This document shows positions 28,901 through 40,550 of a stretch of 62,000 nt of DNA, one piece after another. Both the position numbers and the translations under genes were made by a program. This DNA comes from Squalus acanthias. Its lineage: Eukaryota. Location of the stretch: positions 186,001-248,000 of the forward strand of contig JASTWF010000341.1 in NCBI GenBank assembly GCA_030390025.1. The letters run 5' to 3'. The notes beneath the pieces are model-generated. The model ran no database searches, was not told where the DNA came from, and saw only the letters and a list, made by a program, of their open reading frames with translations. Positions within the stretch are counted from its first letter, which is position 1; each line of letters opens with the position of its first letter.

Positions 28901-31900
28901 ATACTTTTACTGTCGATCCTCAGCATTAGATTTACTGTCGATCCTCAGCGTTAGTTTTACTGTCGATCCTCAGCATTAGTTTTACTGTCGATCCGCAGCA
29001 TTAGTTTTACTGTCGATCCTCAACGTTAGTTTTACTGACGATACTCAGCATTAGTTTTACTGTCGATCCGCAACATTAGTTTTACTGTCAATCCTCAGCA
29101 TTAGTTTTACTGTCGATCCGCAGCATTAGTTTTATTGTCGATCCGCAGCATTAGTTTTACCAACGATCCTCGGCTTTAGTTTTACTGTCGATCCTCAGCG
29201 TTAGTTTTATTATCGATCCTCAGCGTTAGTTTTACTGTCGATCCGCAGCATTAGTTTTACTGTCGATTCTCAGCGTTAGTTTTACTGTCTATCCTCAGCA
29301 TTAGTTTTACTGTCGATCCTCAGCATTAATTTTACTGTCGATCCTCAGCATTAATTTTACTGTCGATCCTCAGCGTTAGTTTTACTGTCGATCCTCAGCG
29401 TTAGTTTTACTGTCGATCCACAGCATTAGTTTTACTGTCGATCCGCAGCGTTAGTTTTACTGTCGATCCTCAGCATTAGTTTAACTGTCGACCATCAGCG
29501 TTAGTTTTACTGTCGATCATCAGCGCTACTTTTACTGTCGATCATCAGCGTTAGTTTTATTATCGATCCGCAGCATTAGTTTTACTGTCGATTCTCAGCG
29601 TTAGTTTTACTGTCGATCCTCAGCATTAGTTTTACTGACGATCTGCAGCATTAGTTTTACTGTCGATCCTCAGCATTACTTTTACTGTCGATCCTCAGCA
29701 TTAGTTTTACTGTCGACCCTCAGCGTTAGTTTTACTGTCGATCATCAGCGTTAGTTTTATTATCGATCCTCAGCGTTAGTTTTACTGTCGATCCGCAGCA
29801 TTAGTTTTACTGTCGATTCTCAGCGTTAGTTTTACTGTCGATCCTCAGCATTAGTTTTACTGTCGATCCTCAGCATTAGTTTTACTGTCGATCCGCAGCA
29901 TTAGTTTTACTGTCGAACCTCAGCGCTAGTTTTACTGTCGATCCTCACCATTAGTTTTACTGTCGATCCTCAGCGTTAGTTTTACTGTCGATCATCAGCG
30001 TTAGTTTTACTGTCGATCCACGGCAATAGTTTTACTGTCGATCATCAGCGTAAGTTTTACTGTCGATCCTCAGCGTTAGTTTTACTATCGATCCTCAGCA
30101 TTAGTTTTACTGTCGATCCTCAGCATTAGTTTTACTGTCGATCCTCACCCTTAGTTTTACGATCGGTCCGCAGAATTATGTTTTCCTGTCGATCCTCAGG
30201 ATTAATTTTACTCTCGATCCTCAGAATTAGTTTTACTGTCGATCCTCAGCATTAATTTTAAAGTCGATCCTCAGGATTAGTTTTACTGTCGATCCTCAGC
30301 ATTAATTTTACTGTCGATCCTCAGCATTAGTTTTACTGTCGATCCTCAGCATTAGTTTTACTGTCGATCCTCAGCGTTAGTTTTACTGTCGATCCTCAGA
30401 ATTAGTTTTACTGTCGATCCTCAGCATTAATTTTAAAGTCGATCCTCAGGATTAGTTTTACTGTCGATCCTCAGCATTAATTTTACTGTCGATCCTCAGC
30501 ATTAGTTTTACTGTCGATCCTCAGCATTCGTTTTACTGTCTTTCCTCAGCGTTAGTTTTACTGTCGATCCACAGCATTAGTTTTACTGTCGATCCTCAGT
30601 GTTAGTTTTACTGTCGATCCTCAGCATTAGTTTTACTGTCGATCCTCAGCATTAGTTTTACTGTCGATCCTCAGTATTAGATTTACTGTCGATCCTCAGC
30701 ATTAGATTTACTGTCGATCCTCAGCATTAGTTTTACTGTCGATCCTCAGCATTAGTTTTACTGTCGATCCTCAGCATTAGTTTTACTGACGATCTTCAGC
30801 ATTAGTTTTACTGTCGATCCTCAGCGTTAGTTTTACTGTCGATGCACAGCATTAGTTTTACTGTCGATCCTCAGCATTAGTTTTACTGTCGATGCACAGC
30901 ATTAGTTTTATTGTCGATCCTCAGCATTAGTTTTACTGTCGATCCTCAGCTTCAGTTTTACTGTCGATCCTCAGCGTTAGTTTTACTGACGATCCTCAGC
31001 ATTAGTTTTACTGTCGATCCTCAGCGTTAGTTTTACTGTCGATCCGCAGCATTAGTTTTACTGTCGATCCGCAGCGTTAGTTTTACTGTCGATCCTCAGC
31101 TTTAGTTTTACTGTCGGTCCGCAGAATTAGTTTTACTGTCGATCCGCAGCGTTAGTTTTACTGTCGATCCTCAGCTTTAGTTTTACTGTCGGTCCGCAGA
31201 ATTATGTTTTCCTGTCGATCCTCAGGTTAATTTTACTCTCGATCCTCAGAATTAGTTTTACTGTCGATCCTCAGCATTAATTTTAAAGTCGATCCTCAGC
31301 GTTAGTTTTACTGTCGATCCTCAGCGTTAGTTTTACTGTCGATCCTCAGCATTAATTTTACTGTCGATCCTCAGCGTTAGTTTTACTGTCGATGCACAGC
31401 ATTAGTTTTACTGTCGATCCTCAGCATTAGTTTTACTGTCGATGCACAGCATTAGTTTTACTGTCGATCCTCAGTATTAATTTTACAGTCGATCCTCAGC
31501 ATTAATTTTACTGTCGATCCTCAGCATTAGTTTTACTGTCCATCCTCAGCATTAGTTTTACTGTCGATCCTCAGCATTAATTTTACTGTCGATCCTCAGC
31601 ATTAATTTTACTGTCGAGCCTCAGCATTAATTTTCCTGTCGATCCTCAGCATTAGTTTTACTGTCGATCCTCAGCGTTAGTTTTACTGTCGATCCGCAGC
31701 ATTAGTTTTACTGTCGATCCGCAGCGTTAGTTTTACTGTCGATCCTCAGCTTTAGTTTTACTGTCGGTCCGCAGAATTAGTTTTACTGTCGATCCGCAGC
31801 GTTAGTTTTACTGTCGATCCTCAGCTTTAGTTTTACTGTCGGTCCGCAGAATTATGTTTTCCTGTCGAACCTCAGGATAAATTTTACTCTCGATCCTCAG

Positions 31901-34900
31901 AATTAGTTTTACTGTCGATCCTCAGCATTAATTTTAAAGTCGATGCGTAGGATTAGTTTTACTGTCGATCCTCAGCATTAATTTTACTGTCGATCCTCAG
32001 CATTAGTTTTACTGTCGATCCTCAGCATTCGTTTTACTGTCGATCCTCAGCGTTAGTTTTACTGTCGATCCTCAGCATTAGTTTTACTGTCGATCCTCAG
32101 CATTAGTTTTACTGTCGATCCGCAGCATTAGTTTTACTGTCGATCATCAGCGTTAGTTTTACTGTCGATCATCAGCGTTAGTTTTATTATCGATTCGCAG
32201 CATTAGTTTTACTGTCGATTCTCAGCGTTAGTTTTACTCTCGATCCTCAGCATTAGTTTTACTGTCGATCTGCAGCATTAGTTTTACTGTCGATCCTCAG
32301 TTTTACTGTCGATCCTCAGCGTTAATTTTACTGTCGGTCCTCAGCGTTTGTTTTACTGTCGATCCGCAGTATTAGTTTAACTGTCGATCCTCAGCATAAG
32401 TTTTACTGTCAGTCGTCAGCATTAGTTTTACTGTCGATCCCCAGCTTTAGTTTCACTGTCGATCCTCAGCATTAGTTTTACTGTCGATGCGCAGCTTTAG
32501 TTTTAATGTCGATCCTCAGCGTTAGTTTCACTGTCGATCCTCAGCATTAGTTTCACTGTCGATCCTCAGCATTAGTTTTACTGTCGATGCGCAGCTTTAG
32601 TTTTACTGTCGATCCTCAGCGTTAGTTTTACTGTCGATTCTCAGCATTAGTTTTACCGTCGATCCTCAGGATTAGTTTTATTGTCGATCCTCAGCGTTAG
32701 TTTTACTGACGATCCTCAGCGTTAGTTTTACTGTCGATCCTCAGCTTCAGTTTTACTGTCGATCCTCAGCGTTAATTTTACTGTCGATCCTCAGCATTAG
32801 TTTTACTGTCGATCCACAGCATTAGTTTTACTGTCGATCCGCAGCGTTAGTTTTACTGTCGATCCTCAGCTTTAGTTTTACTGTCGGTCCGCAGAATTAG
32901 TTTTACTGTCGATCCGCAGCGTTAGTTTTACTGTCGATCCTCAGCTTTAGTTTTACTGTCGGTCCGCAGAATTATGTTTTCCTGTCGATCCTCAGATTAA
33001 TTTTACTCTCGATCCTCAGAATTAGTTTTACTGTCGATCCTCAGCATTAATTTTAAAGTCGATCCTCAGCGTTAGTTTTACTGTCGATCCTCAGCGTTAG
33101 TTTTACTGTCGATCCTCAGCGTTAGTTTTACTGTCGATCCTCAGCATTAATTTTACTGTCGATCCTCAGCATTAGTTTTACTGTCGATCCTCAGTATTAA
33201 TTTTACAGTCGATCCTCAGCATTAATTTTACTGTCGATCCTCAGCATTAGTTTTACTGTCCATCCTCAGCATTAGTTTTACTGTCGATCCTCAGCATTAA
33301 TTTTACTGTCGATCCTCAGCATTAATTTTACTGTCGAGCCTCAGCATTAATTTTCCTGTCGATCCTCAGCATTAGTTTTACTGTCGATCCTCAGCGTTAG
33401 TTTTACTGTCGATCCACAGCATTAGTTTTACTGTCGATCCGCAGCGTTAGTTTTACTGTCGATCCTCAGCTTTAGTTTTACTGTCGGTCCGCAGAATTAG
33501 TTTTACTGTCGATCCGCAGCGTTAGTTTTACTGTCGATCCTCAGCTTTAGTTTTACTGTCGGTCCGCAGAATTAGTTTTACTGTCGATCTGCAGCGTTAG
33601 TTTTACTGTCGATCCTCAGCTTCAGTTTTACTGTCGGTCCGCAGAATTATGTTTTCCTGTCGAACCTCAGGATAAATTTTACTCTCGATCCTCAGAATTA
33701 GTTTTACTGTCGATCCTCAGCATTAATTTTCAAGTCGATGCGCAGGATTAGTTTTACTGTCGATCCTCAGCATTAATTTTACTGTCGATCCTCAGCATTA
33801 GTTTTACTGTCGATCCTCAGCATTCGTTTTACTGTCGATCCTCAGCGTTAGTTTTACTGTCGATCCTCAGCATTAGTTTTACTGTCGATCCTCAGCATTA
33901 GTTTTACTGTCGATCCGCAGCATTAGTTTTACTGTCGATCATCAGCGTTAGTTTTATTATCGATCCGCAGCATTAGTTTTACTGTCGATTCTCAGCGTTA
34001 GTTTTACTCTCGATCCTCAGCATTAGTTTTACTGTCGATCTGCAGCATTAGTTTTACTGTCGATCTTCAGTTTTACTGTCGATCCTCAGCGTTAATTTTA
34101 CTGTCGGTCCTCAGCGTTTGTTTTACTGTCGATCCGCAGTATTAGTTTAACTGTCGATCCTCAGCATAAGTTTTACTGTCAGTCGTCAGCATTAGTTTTA
34201 CTGTCGATCCCCAGCTTTAGTTTCACTGTCGATCCTCAGCATTAGTTTTACTGTCGATGCGCAGCTTTAGTTTTAATGTCGATCCTCAGCGTTAGTTTCA
34301 CTGTCGATCCTCAGCGTTAGTTTCACTGTCGATCCTCAGCATTAGTTTCACTGTCGATCCTCAGCATTAGTTTTACTGTCGATGCGCAGCTTTAGTTTTA
34401 ATGTCGATCCTCAGCGTTAGTTTCACTGTCGATCCTCAGCGTTAGTTTCACTGTCGATCCTCAGCATTAGTTTCACTGTCGATCCTCAGCATTAGTTTTA
34501 CTGTCGATGCGCAGCTTTAGTTTTACTGTCGATCCTCAGCGTTAGTTTTACTGTCGATTCTCAGCATTAGTTTTACCGTCGATCCTCAGCATTAGTTTTA
34601 CTGTCGATCCTCAGCATTAGTTTTACTGTCGATCCTCAGCATTAGTTTTACTGTCGATCCGTAGCATTCGTTTTACTGTCGATCCTCAGCATTAGTTTTA
34701 CTGTCGATCCGCAGCATTAGTTTTACTGTCGATCCTCAGCATTAGTTTTACTGACGTTCCTCAACATTAGTTTTACTGACGTTCCTCAGCATTAGTTTTA
34801 CTGTCGATCCTCAGCGTTAGTTTTACTCTCGTTCCTCAGCATTCGTTTTACTCTCGATCCTCAGCGTTAGTTTTACTGTCGATCCTCAGCGTTAGTTTTA

Positions 34901-35390
34901 CTGTCGTTCCTCAGCATTAGTTTTACTGACATTCCTCAGCATTAGTTTTACTGTCGATCCTCAGCATTAGTTTTACTGTCGATCCGAAGCATTAGTTTTA
35001 CTGTCGATCCGTAGCATTAGTTTTACTGTCGATCCTCAGCATCAGTTTTACTGTCGATCCACAGCATTCGTTTTACTGTCGATCCTCAGCACCAGTTTTA
35101 CTGTCGATCCACAGCGTCAGTTTTACTGTCGATCCACAGCATTAGTTTTACTGTCGATCCACAGCATTAGTTTTACTGTCGATCCTCAGCATTAGTTTTA
35201 CTGTCGATTCTCAGCATTCGTTTTACTGTCGATCCTCAGCATTAGTTTTACTGTCGATCCGCAGCATTAGTTTTACTGTCGATCCTCAGCTTTAGTTTTA
35301 CTGACGATCCTCAGCATTAGTTTTACTGTCGATCCTCAGCATTAGTTTTACTGTCGATCCGCAGCATTAGTTTTACTGTCGATCCTCAGC
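13933..35390. repeat. 10,719-bp tandem duplication within the satellite (copy 1 ~13933-24651, copy 2 ~24652-35370)
   Basis: Rare markers recur at a constant offset of 10,719: CGATCGGTCC at 19441/30160, CAGTCGTCAG at 21691/32410, CATTCCTCAG at 24211/34930. Confidence 0.9.
14290..17960. repeat. 1,826-bp higher-order tandem duplication within the satellite (repeated again inside the second 10.7-kb copy)
   Basis: Markers TGCCGAT at 14615/16441 and CAGCAAAAGTTTTAATG at 15451/17277 share an offset of 1,826 (73 units + 1 bp). Confidence 0.85.
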
Positions 35391-35925
35391 ATTAGTTTTA
35401 CTGTCGATCCTCAGCATTAGTTTTACTGTCGATCCGTAGCATTAGTTTTACTGTCGATCCGCAGCATTAGTTTTACTGTCGATCCACAGCGTCAGTTTTA
35501 CTGTCGATCCGCAGCATTAATTTTACTGTCGATCCTCAGCGTTAGTTTTACTGACGATCCTCAGCATTAGTTTTACTGTCGATCCTCAGCATTAATTTTA
35601 CTGACGATCCTCAGCATTCGTTTTACTGTCGATCCTCAGCATTAGTTTTACTGTCGATCCGCAGCATTAGTTTTACTGTCGATCCTCAGCTTTAGTTTTA
35701 CTGTCAATCCTCAGCATTAGTTTTACTGACAATCCACAGCATTAATTTTACTGTCGAACCGCAGCATTAGTTTTACTGTCGATCCTCAGCATTAGTTTTA
35801 CTGTCGATCCTCAGCATTAGTTTTACTGACGATCCTCAGCATTAGTTTTTCTGTCGATCCTCAGCATTAGTTTTACTGACGATCCTCAGCATTAGTTTTA
35901 CTGTCGATCCTCAGCGCCAGTTTTA

Positions 35926-36088
35926 TGGCTGGGTGGCCAGTTTAAAATCTGCATCATTTTGTCAATGGATGAAATTACTTTAAACTCATATTATCATCAT
36001 CGGTAATAATGTTATGTTTTGCAACAGCCATTTCCGTTTTTGCCAAAGTAACATATCTCCTCTAGAAAGGTTAATGTCGAGACAAAGC
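35926..36088 (-). pseudogene. Pseudo-exon ALSRH*PF*RRYVTLAKTEMAVAKHNIITDDDNMSLK*FHPLTK*CRF*TGHPAI, continuing into the satellite as KLALRIDSKTN
   Basis: tcttctttcag acceptor after a putative 72-nt intron; no donor before the array begins. Confidence 0.55.
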
Positions 36089-36160
36089 CTGAAAGAAGAT
36101 GCATTTGGCAGAGAGTGTTCGTGGAACAATAGGTCTTGTAGAAAAGCCAAGGTGCTCCAC

Positions 36161-36391
36161 CTGAAGCAATTTTTCGTTGACCAGCACTCCGTCTAAAAAC
36201 AGTCTTTGCTTCACGGCCATTCTTGCAGCATGATAAGGATCAAACTCCGAGGTAGTCATCTACAACAATGTCTTCAATGCTTGACATTTCCTGTTTCGAG
36301 CTTTTGCTTTGCTTATCCACATCTCCAGCAGCTTTTTTTTTAATCTAGGCTCATCATCAGAGAAGCACAGGGCACACTGTATCCCTACTAC
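36161..36391 (-). pseudogene. Pseudo-exon VVGIQCALCFSDDEPRLKKKLLEMWISKAKARNRKCQALKTLL*MTTSEFDPYHAARMAVKQRLFLDGVLVNEKLLQ
   Basis: Pyrimidine tract with a mutated acceptor (ctcctg), gtggag donor; overlaps ORF 36071..36259. Confidence 0.7.
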
Positions 36392-36720
36392 CAGGAGAGA
36401 AAAATTGGCTTGAAAATTGGCTGTGATTCTGATCTCATTGTTACCCTTTGTTGTGGTCTGAATTCAGTGATTACACCATTAGAGGGGATGTGTGCTTTTG
36501 AAAAGCCCACGCAAATCTGCTTAATTTAATACACATAATGACAACAATATTGTTTCTATTTAGATGGAGTGTAATTTATCTCTTTAGCTTAAACTAATGA
36601 TTCCACATTTTGAAAATCCCTTGAAAAATCAAAGAGCAATTCCCTTTCAACATCCCAGGGAAGGGCTTACAGAGAAAAGCATTAGTGCTAAAACTTAAAT
36701 GGCAACAAGAAAACCCTTAT

Positions 36721-36875
36721 CTGTTCTTCCACTAGTACAAGAGTACTGCTTTGTGTCTGCAAAAGATTTCTGGCACAGTGGGAAAACCTGGTCAATCTCA
36801 TATTCTTCCCTGGGACCTGTCCAAAGCGCCAACAGCAGCTAAGCTCGATATTAATACACTCTCAACCATCAAAAG
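36721..36875 (-). pseudogene. Pseudo-exon FDG*ECINIELSCCWRFGQVPGKNMRLTRFSHCARNLLQTQSSTLVLVEEQ
   Basis: ctgacag acceptor, donor mutated to ataagg, phase 1->0. Confidence 0.7.
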
Positions 36876-37007
36876 CTGTCAGATATATAAGGGCTGTGAG
36901 CCATTTTAATCAGTTTTAGCTTTTCCCCTAACAAGCTCAGTAGTGGTGCACACATCTTAAATGACACTAGTCTCGACAATGATTGGTCAACTTCATTTCG
37001 CATTTAA

Positions 37008-37226
37008 CTTTTTCTGCGAGTCGTAATAGATAATCATGATAGTTCTGATGACTCCATATTCTCTGTGACCTCAAAATATGGCTATTAACTGGAGAATTAA
37101 ACAATAGAAGTCGGCCGTATGCAATGGTTTGCTCTGATGCCTTTACAGATATTGTCATCAATGTATTCTCAGTAGGATAGTATTCAACACCCCCGTCTGG
37201 AGGTCCAAAGCTGCAGACTACAGCAG
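37008..37226 (-). pseudogene. Pseudo-exon AVVCSFGPPDGGVEYYPTENTLMTISVKASEQTIAYGRLLLFNSPVNSHILRSQRIWSHQNYHDYLLRLAEK
   Basis: ccttaag acceptor, donor mutated (g|ttaaat), 219 nt, stop-free; overlaps ORF 36967..37161. Confidence 0.75.
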
Positions 37227-37299
37227 CTTAAGGAGACAAGTATTCACTTTTCTATTTCTCTTAAAGCAGATGTGTTTGAAATGATGATGTTTGCACTTC

Positions 37300-37467
37300 T
37301 CTCCTTGTTTATTCTTGTTGCACTCAGTCAGACATTTTCCAAATTGCGTCTTCCTGCCCGATTGTAGAAACACTCCGCAGAGGCTCTGCTAATATAATTG
37401 TGAATGTCGCTCACTTGCTGCTTTTTTGCTTGCCTCTCATTCAGTGACTGAGTGAATATTACTTTAA
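37300..37467 (-). pseudogene. Pseudo-exon VKVIFTQSLNERQAKKQQVSDIHNYISRASAECFYNRAGRRNLENV*LSATRINKE
   Basis: acacag acceptor, phase-1 start matching the previous exon; donor degraded, so the 3' end is approximate. Confidence 0.7.
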
Positions 37468-37985
37468 CTGTGTGTACAGGAGACATTACCAGCAGCAAAG
37501 ATGGAAGTAGCTATTATTAGTCAAAATACCTCATAAGACTGAAATTAAACTAAATATACCAATGTTAATTATGCAGTAGTTACACACTGTAAAATGGAGC
37601 AGGAAATCAAAAGCTTTCTATTCTTTGATCCTTATGAACAAATAAGTGTTAACAGAGCTCCTTAACAAACTGTCGGAGTATGCAACAGTACTTCAACACT
37701 AAATATTTAAATATGTTATATTTAATTTTTTGTTAAACTGGTTTCTGCTCAATACATGCAAAATATTTAACTTGGATTTCATTATGATTTTTTTTTTTAC
37801 AGACACAAAAGTTGCTTTTAGGCTGCGTCTGCAGATTTTATCCATTTTGCAGCGGATATGAATTTTAGTTGGCTTTAGGTTTGCATGATTTCAGACCCTA
37901 GGAGACGGGTTGCTATCCTATGCATCTAGGAACAGCCACAGCAAGTCTCAATCATCTCACAAGAGATTCTGGCTTTTTATGTTAC

Positions 37986-38100
37986 CTCCTTTACTCAGAA
38001 AGCAAAGCTTGTATAGGTTCTTTTGAAAGGTAACTGTATCTTTGAATGGTGTTGACGGCTATCTTAATCTCACACCTGATAATGCTTCAATCTCAGATGC
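37986..38100 (-). pseudogene. Pseudo-exon ASEIEALSGVRLR*PSTPFKDTVTFQKNLYKLCFLSKG
   Basis: aaag acceptor, gtaaca donor, phase 0->1. Confidence 0.7.
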
Positions 38101-38433
38101 CTTTTATGAAACACAAACATTTACTTAACCTTCATCTTTCAATAAATGCATCATTCATCTAATAGCTCATCATTTCATAGGGTAATATTTTGCAAAAATG
38201 CTTGATGCTTTATCTGGATGTCATTTTAATGGAAGGTTCAACATTTACATCACAACAGTGAAAACTGTGGGGTGAAACTGTCCACAGGGAGATAAAATGC
38301 CAGGAATAAATAGTGCCATTAGAATATGGTAAATATAAAAGATCTACTCTTGACTTGCACTTTCAAGAACCATGGCACCTTGAAATTAGAAATTTAATAA
38401 TAATTTTCTCCCAAACAAATAGTTGAAACCTAT

Positions 38434-38527
38434 CTGCAAATCACAGGACTTTTTTCTACAACCATTCGGTTGCATTTTTCTAGTTAAGTTGGTTTGAATA
38501 TATACATCATACTGATAGCAATGAAAT
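38434..38527 (-). pseudogene. Pseudo-exon FHCYQYDVYIQTNLTRKMQPNGCRKKSCDLQ
   Basis: gacag acceptor, donor mutated to ataggt, phase 2->0, stop-free. Confidence 0.65.
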
Positions 38528-38652
38528 CTGTCCCCAAAATATAGTCAATGCAATGACAATCAGATAATTTAAATTGTATCGTTTTATAAAAAAGTTTTTA
38601 AGATGCTAGTGTGACCTAAACATTATTAAAGAACTGTTTTCTTTGTTATTGC

Positions 38653-38839
38653 CTTGGAAATTTCCTTTATAATGAGTCTCATAATATTTCCTGCCCTATC
38701 CAGACTTGGTAACGTTTGGGATATGGGCTCCTAGTCATAGGCCCAGAAAACAGGTAATGCTCAATGTTGCTTGTTTTCTGAGTTTAGCAGTAGAATCTCT
38801 AGACTGTCCTGTGCAATTTAAATATCCATTCCAAACCCT
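38653..38839 (-). pseudogene. Pseudo-exon GLEWIFKLHRTV*RFYC*TQKTSNIEHYLFSGPMTRSPYPKRYQVWIGQEIL*DSL*RKFP
   Basis: ttttaaag acceptor, gcaata donor (GC), phase 1->2. Confidence 0.75.
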
Positions 38840-39140
38840 CTTTAAAAAGATTTAAGGTGTTGCAATTGAAAAGCTCGTCAAAAAATAGCAGCCAGAGTAC
38901 ATAGTAAAATTTATTTGATATTTTTTCTTCAAACTGTGCACAAAAATCATGAGGCATCCCAAGAATGTATTTTTGAAGAAATGCAATTAGCTTTAGGGAG
39001 TAGGGAATTGTTGACTAAATTTATTGGTACTTTATTTAAAATTATATTCTGATATTCTGAAATGTAGTTGAGATTGGCCAATAAAACGGGAAAAAAAACT
39101 GTCTCATTAACTCAGGGGTACTACAGTAACATTTCTGCAC

Positions 39141-39241
39141 CATTTTCAGGATCAGACATGCTCTATTTTTGTAATTCGGCTACAGAATACTGTTGAAATT
39201 CTCCCTGATATTTGGCACTGCAGTGTATCAAATACTGTTCC
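39141..39241 (-). pseudogene. Pseudo-exon EQYLIHCSAKYQGEFQQYSVAELQK*SMSDPEN
   Basis: atcttag acceptor, gtgcag donor, phase 2->1. Confidence 0.75.
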
Positions 39242-39327
39242 CTAAGATGTTATGTGACAGAAAACAGGTTTGCGTTCAGCAAAATGTCAAGAAAATTCAG
39301 AATTCAAAGGGTAAGTGAGAGACACAC

Positions 39328-39629
39328 CGTGTAGGACTGGTGAGGCTGAGGTACATGCCCATCACTTTCCCAGCATTCCATAGGAAATTGCTTCTCACTC
39401 CTGAAGGACTTTGTGCAATTTTTTAAAAATCATTTCAATGCAAGAAAGCAATTTCTCATACATGTATAAGATAGCACGTGATTTGTCACAGTAAAACCTG
39501 CTTTTTACCCAACCTTTTTATATCTTAATCCCTTTATTATCATAGAATTTGAAAATGCTTTCTATTCATTTCAGCACCACTGATCATGTTTTATGTCATA
39601 ATGCAATCTGCTTTGTGCAGTGTATATTT
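39328..39629 (-). pseudogene. Pseudo-exon NIHCTKQIAL*...KGWVKSRFYCDKSRAILYMYEKLLSCIEMIFKK/IAQSPSGVRSNFLWNAGKVMGMYLSLTSPT
   Basis: aacctag acceptor, gtgtgt donor; 4 stops and a 1-nt deletion in a minus-strand A-run near 39420. Confidence 0.7.
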
Positions 39630-39840
39630 CTAGGTTAAAAGTGCCCCAACTATCCACAATTAATCTGAGTTAAACATAAATGTATATACCTATACCTTTC
39701 ATATCCAGCCAAGTCAAATCATGGTAGCAGCACTATTTCTCTTTACTCACTTGATTGCCAATATTTTTACAGCCATCTTTTTCTAATTTCCTATTTTACC
39801 CCCTTAATTTCCCTCTTTTCATTTTTAAATATACATAAAC

Positions 39841-39963
39841 CTGTTCAGCTACAGCTGCTTAATATTGTACGTGCTGGCTGGCAAAGACCAGCTGCCATCA
39901 TTGTACTGTTGGATATGATAATAAGAGGGCTTCACTCTGCAAAACTGACTTTACTGAAGTAAC
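39841..39963 (-). pseudogene. Pseudo-exon LLQ*SQFCRVKPSYYHIQQYNDGSWSLPASTYNIKQL*LN
   Basis: attgtag acceptor, gtttat donor, phase 2->2. Confidence 0.7.
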
Positions 39964-40090
39964 CTACAATACCGCACAAAAATTGTAAGGAGGCTGCGAC
40001 ATGAGAAACAGGAGTGTGTAAATTTGATTGATGATGGTTTTAAAAATTCAGCAAATGTAGGTCAACAAAAGAGATGGTGAACTTTTAAAC

Positions 40091-40319
40091 CTTTCCTGTA
40101 GCACAGAAAGAAGAAAAGCATGTAAAGCAGCATGTGGCTATCATACAGCAGTTCGCTGGATTAGCATAATGGCTTCTTCTAATGAATGTGTGCTTAAAAG
40201 CACCAAATGCTTGTGAAACAGCCAAACCCAATATAGAGCTCTGCACGGGAACTGTACCTTAAAGCCCCAGTGTCATCTCATTGGTTGTTTGAGGGCATGT
40301 CCACAATCCTTGCAGCACT
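40091..40319 (-). pseudogene. Pseudo-exon CCKDCGHALKQPMR*HWGFKVQFPCRALYWVWLFHKHLVLLSTHSLEEAIMLIQRTAV**PHAALHAFLLSVLQE
   Basis: gccttag acceptor, gtttaa donor, 229 nt, phase 1->2. Confidence 0.75.
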
Positions 40320-40550
40320 CTAAGGCAAACTAGCAAGTGTGGCAGCTAACGTGATAACACTGGCAGTCAACACATCAACCTGCTTAGACCCAAAAGTGTT
40401 CTTTTAAGAAGTGAGTCTCATCAGTGGTATATCTTAAAAAAAAAAGTTGGAGGATTCTGATTGACTCTGTCATGTTTTTGCTTCTCCCTTACTCTTGCTT
40501 TTTTTTTAAAAAGAGTGTTTTTGTTTAAATAGTGATTCTTATGATCTCAC

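Larger units (their letters stand above)
1..35925. repeat. 25-bp tandem satellite array, consensus TTAGTTTTACTGTCGATCCTCAGCA, ~1,440 units; runs off the 5' edge of the window
   Basis: Directly visible 25-bp periodicity. Recurrent variants include CAGCG/CAGCA, TAATTTT, CCGCAG and a 26-bp unit GGTCCGCAGAATTATGTTTTCC. The last unit-like bases are AGTTTTA at 35919-35925. Confidence 0.99.

Noticed and set aside
1..35925. CRISPR array
   Set aside because: Units are head-to-tail with no unique spacers, the context is eukaryotic, and there are no cas genes.
1..35925. Telomeric repeat (TTAG start, 25-bp unit)
   Set aside because: No TTAGGG or G-rich strand, and the block-duplicated variants fit recombination rather than telomerase templating.
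1..35925. Phased T-tract curvature or a coding repeat
   Set aside because: 25 bp is about 2.4 helical turns, so the tracts are not phased. It is not a multiple of 3 and the ORF track shows no ORF of 60 aa or more in the array.
36161..36260. Resemblance of FDPYHAARMAVKQRLFL to Polinton-associated proteins
   Set aside because: Short, vague recollection; the segment is better explained as one exon of the spliced pseudogene.
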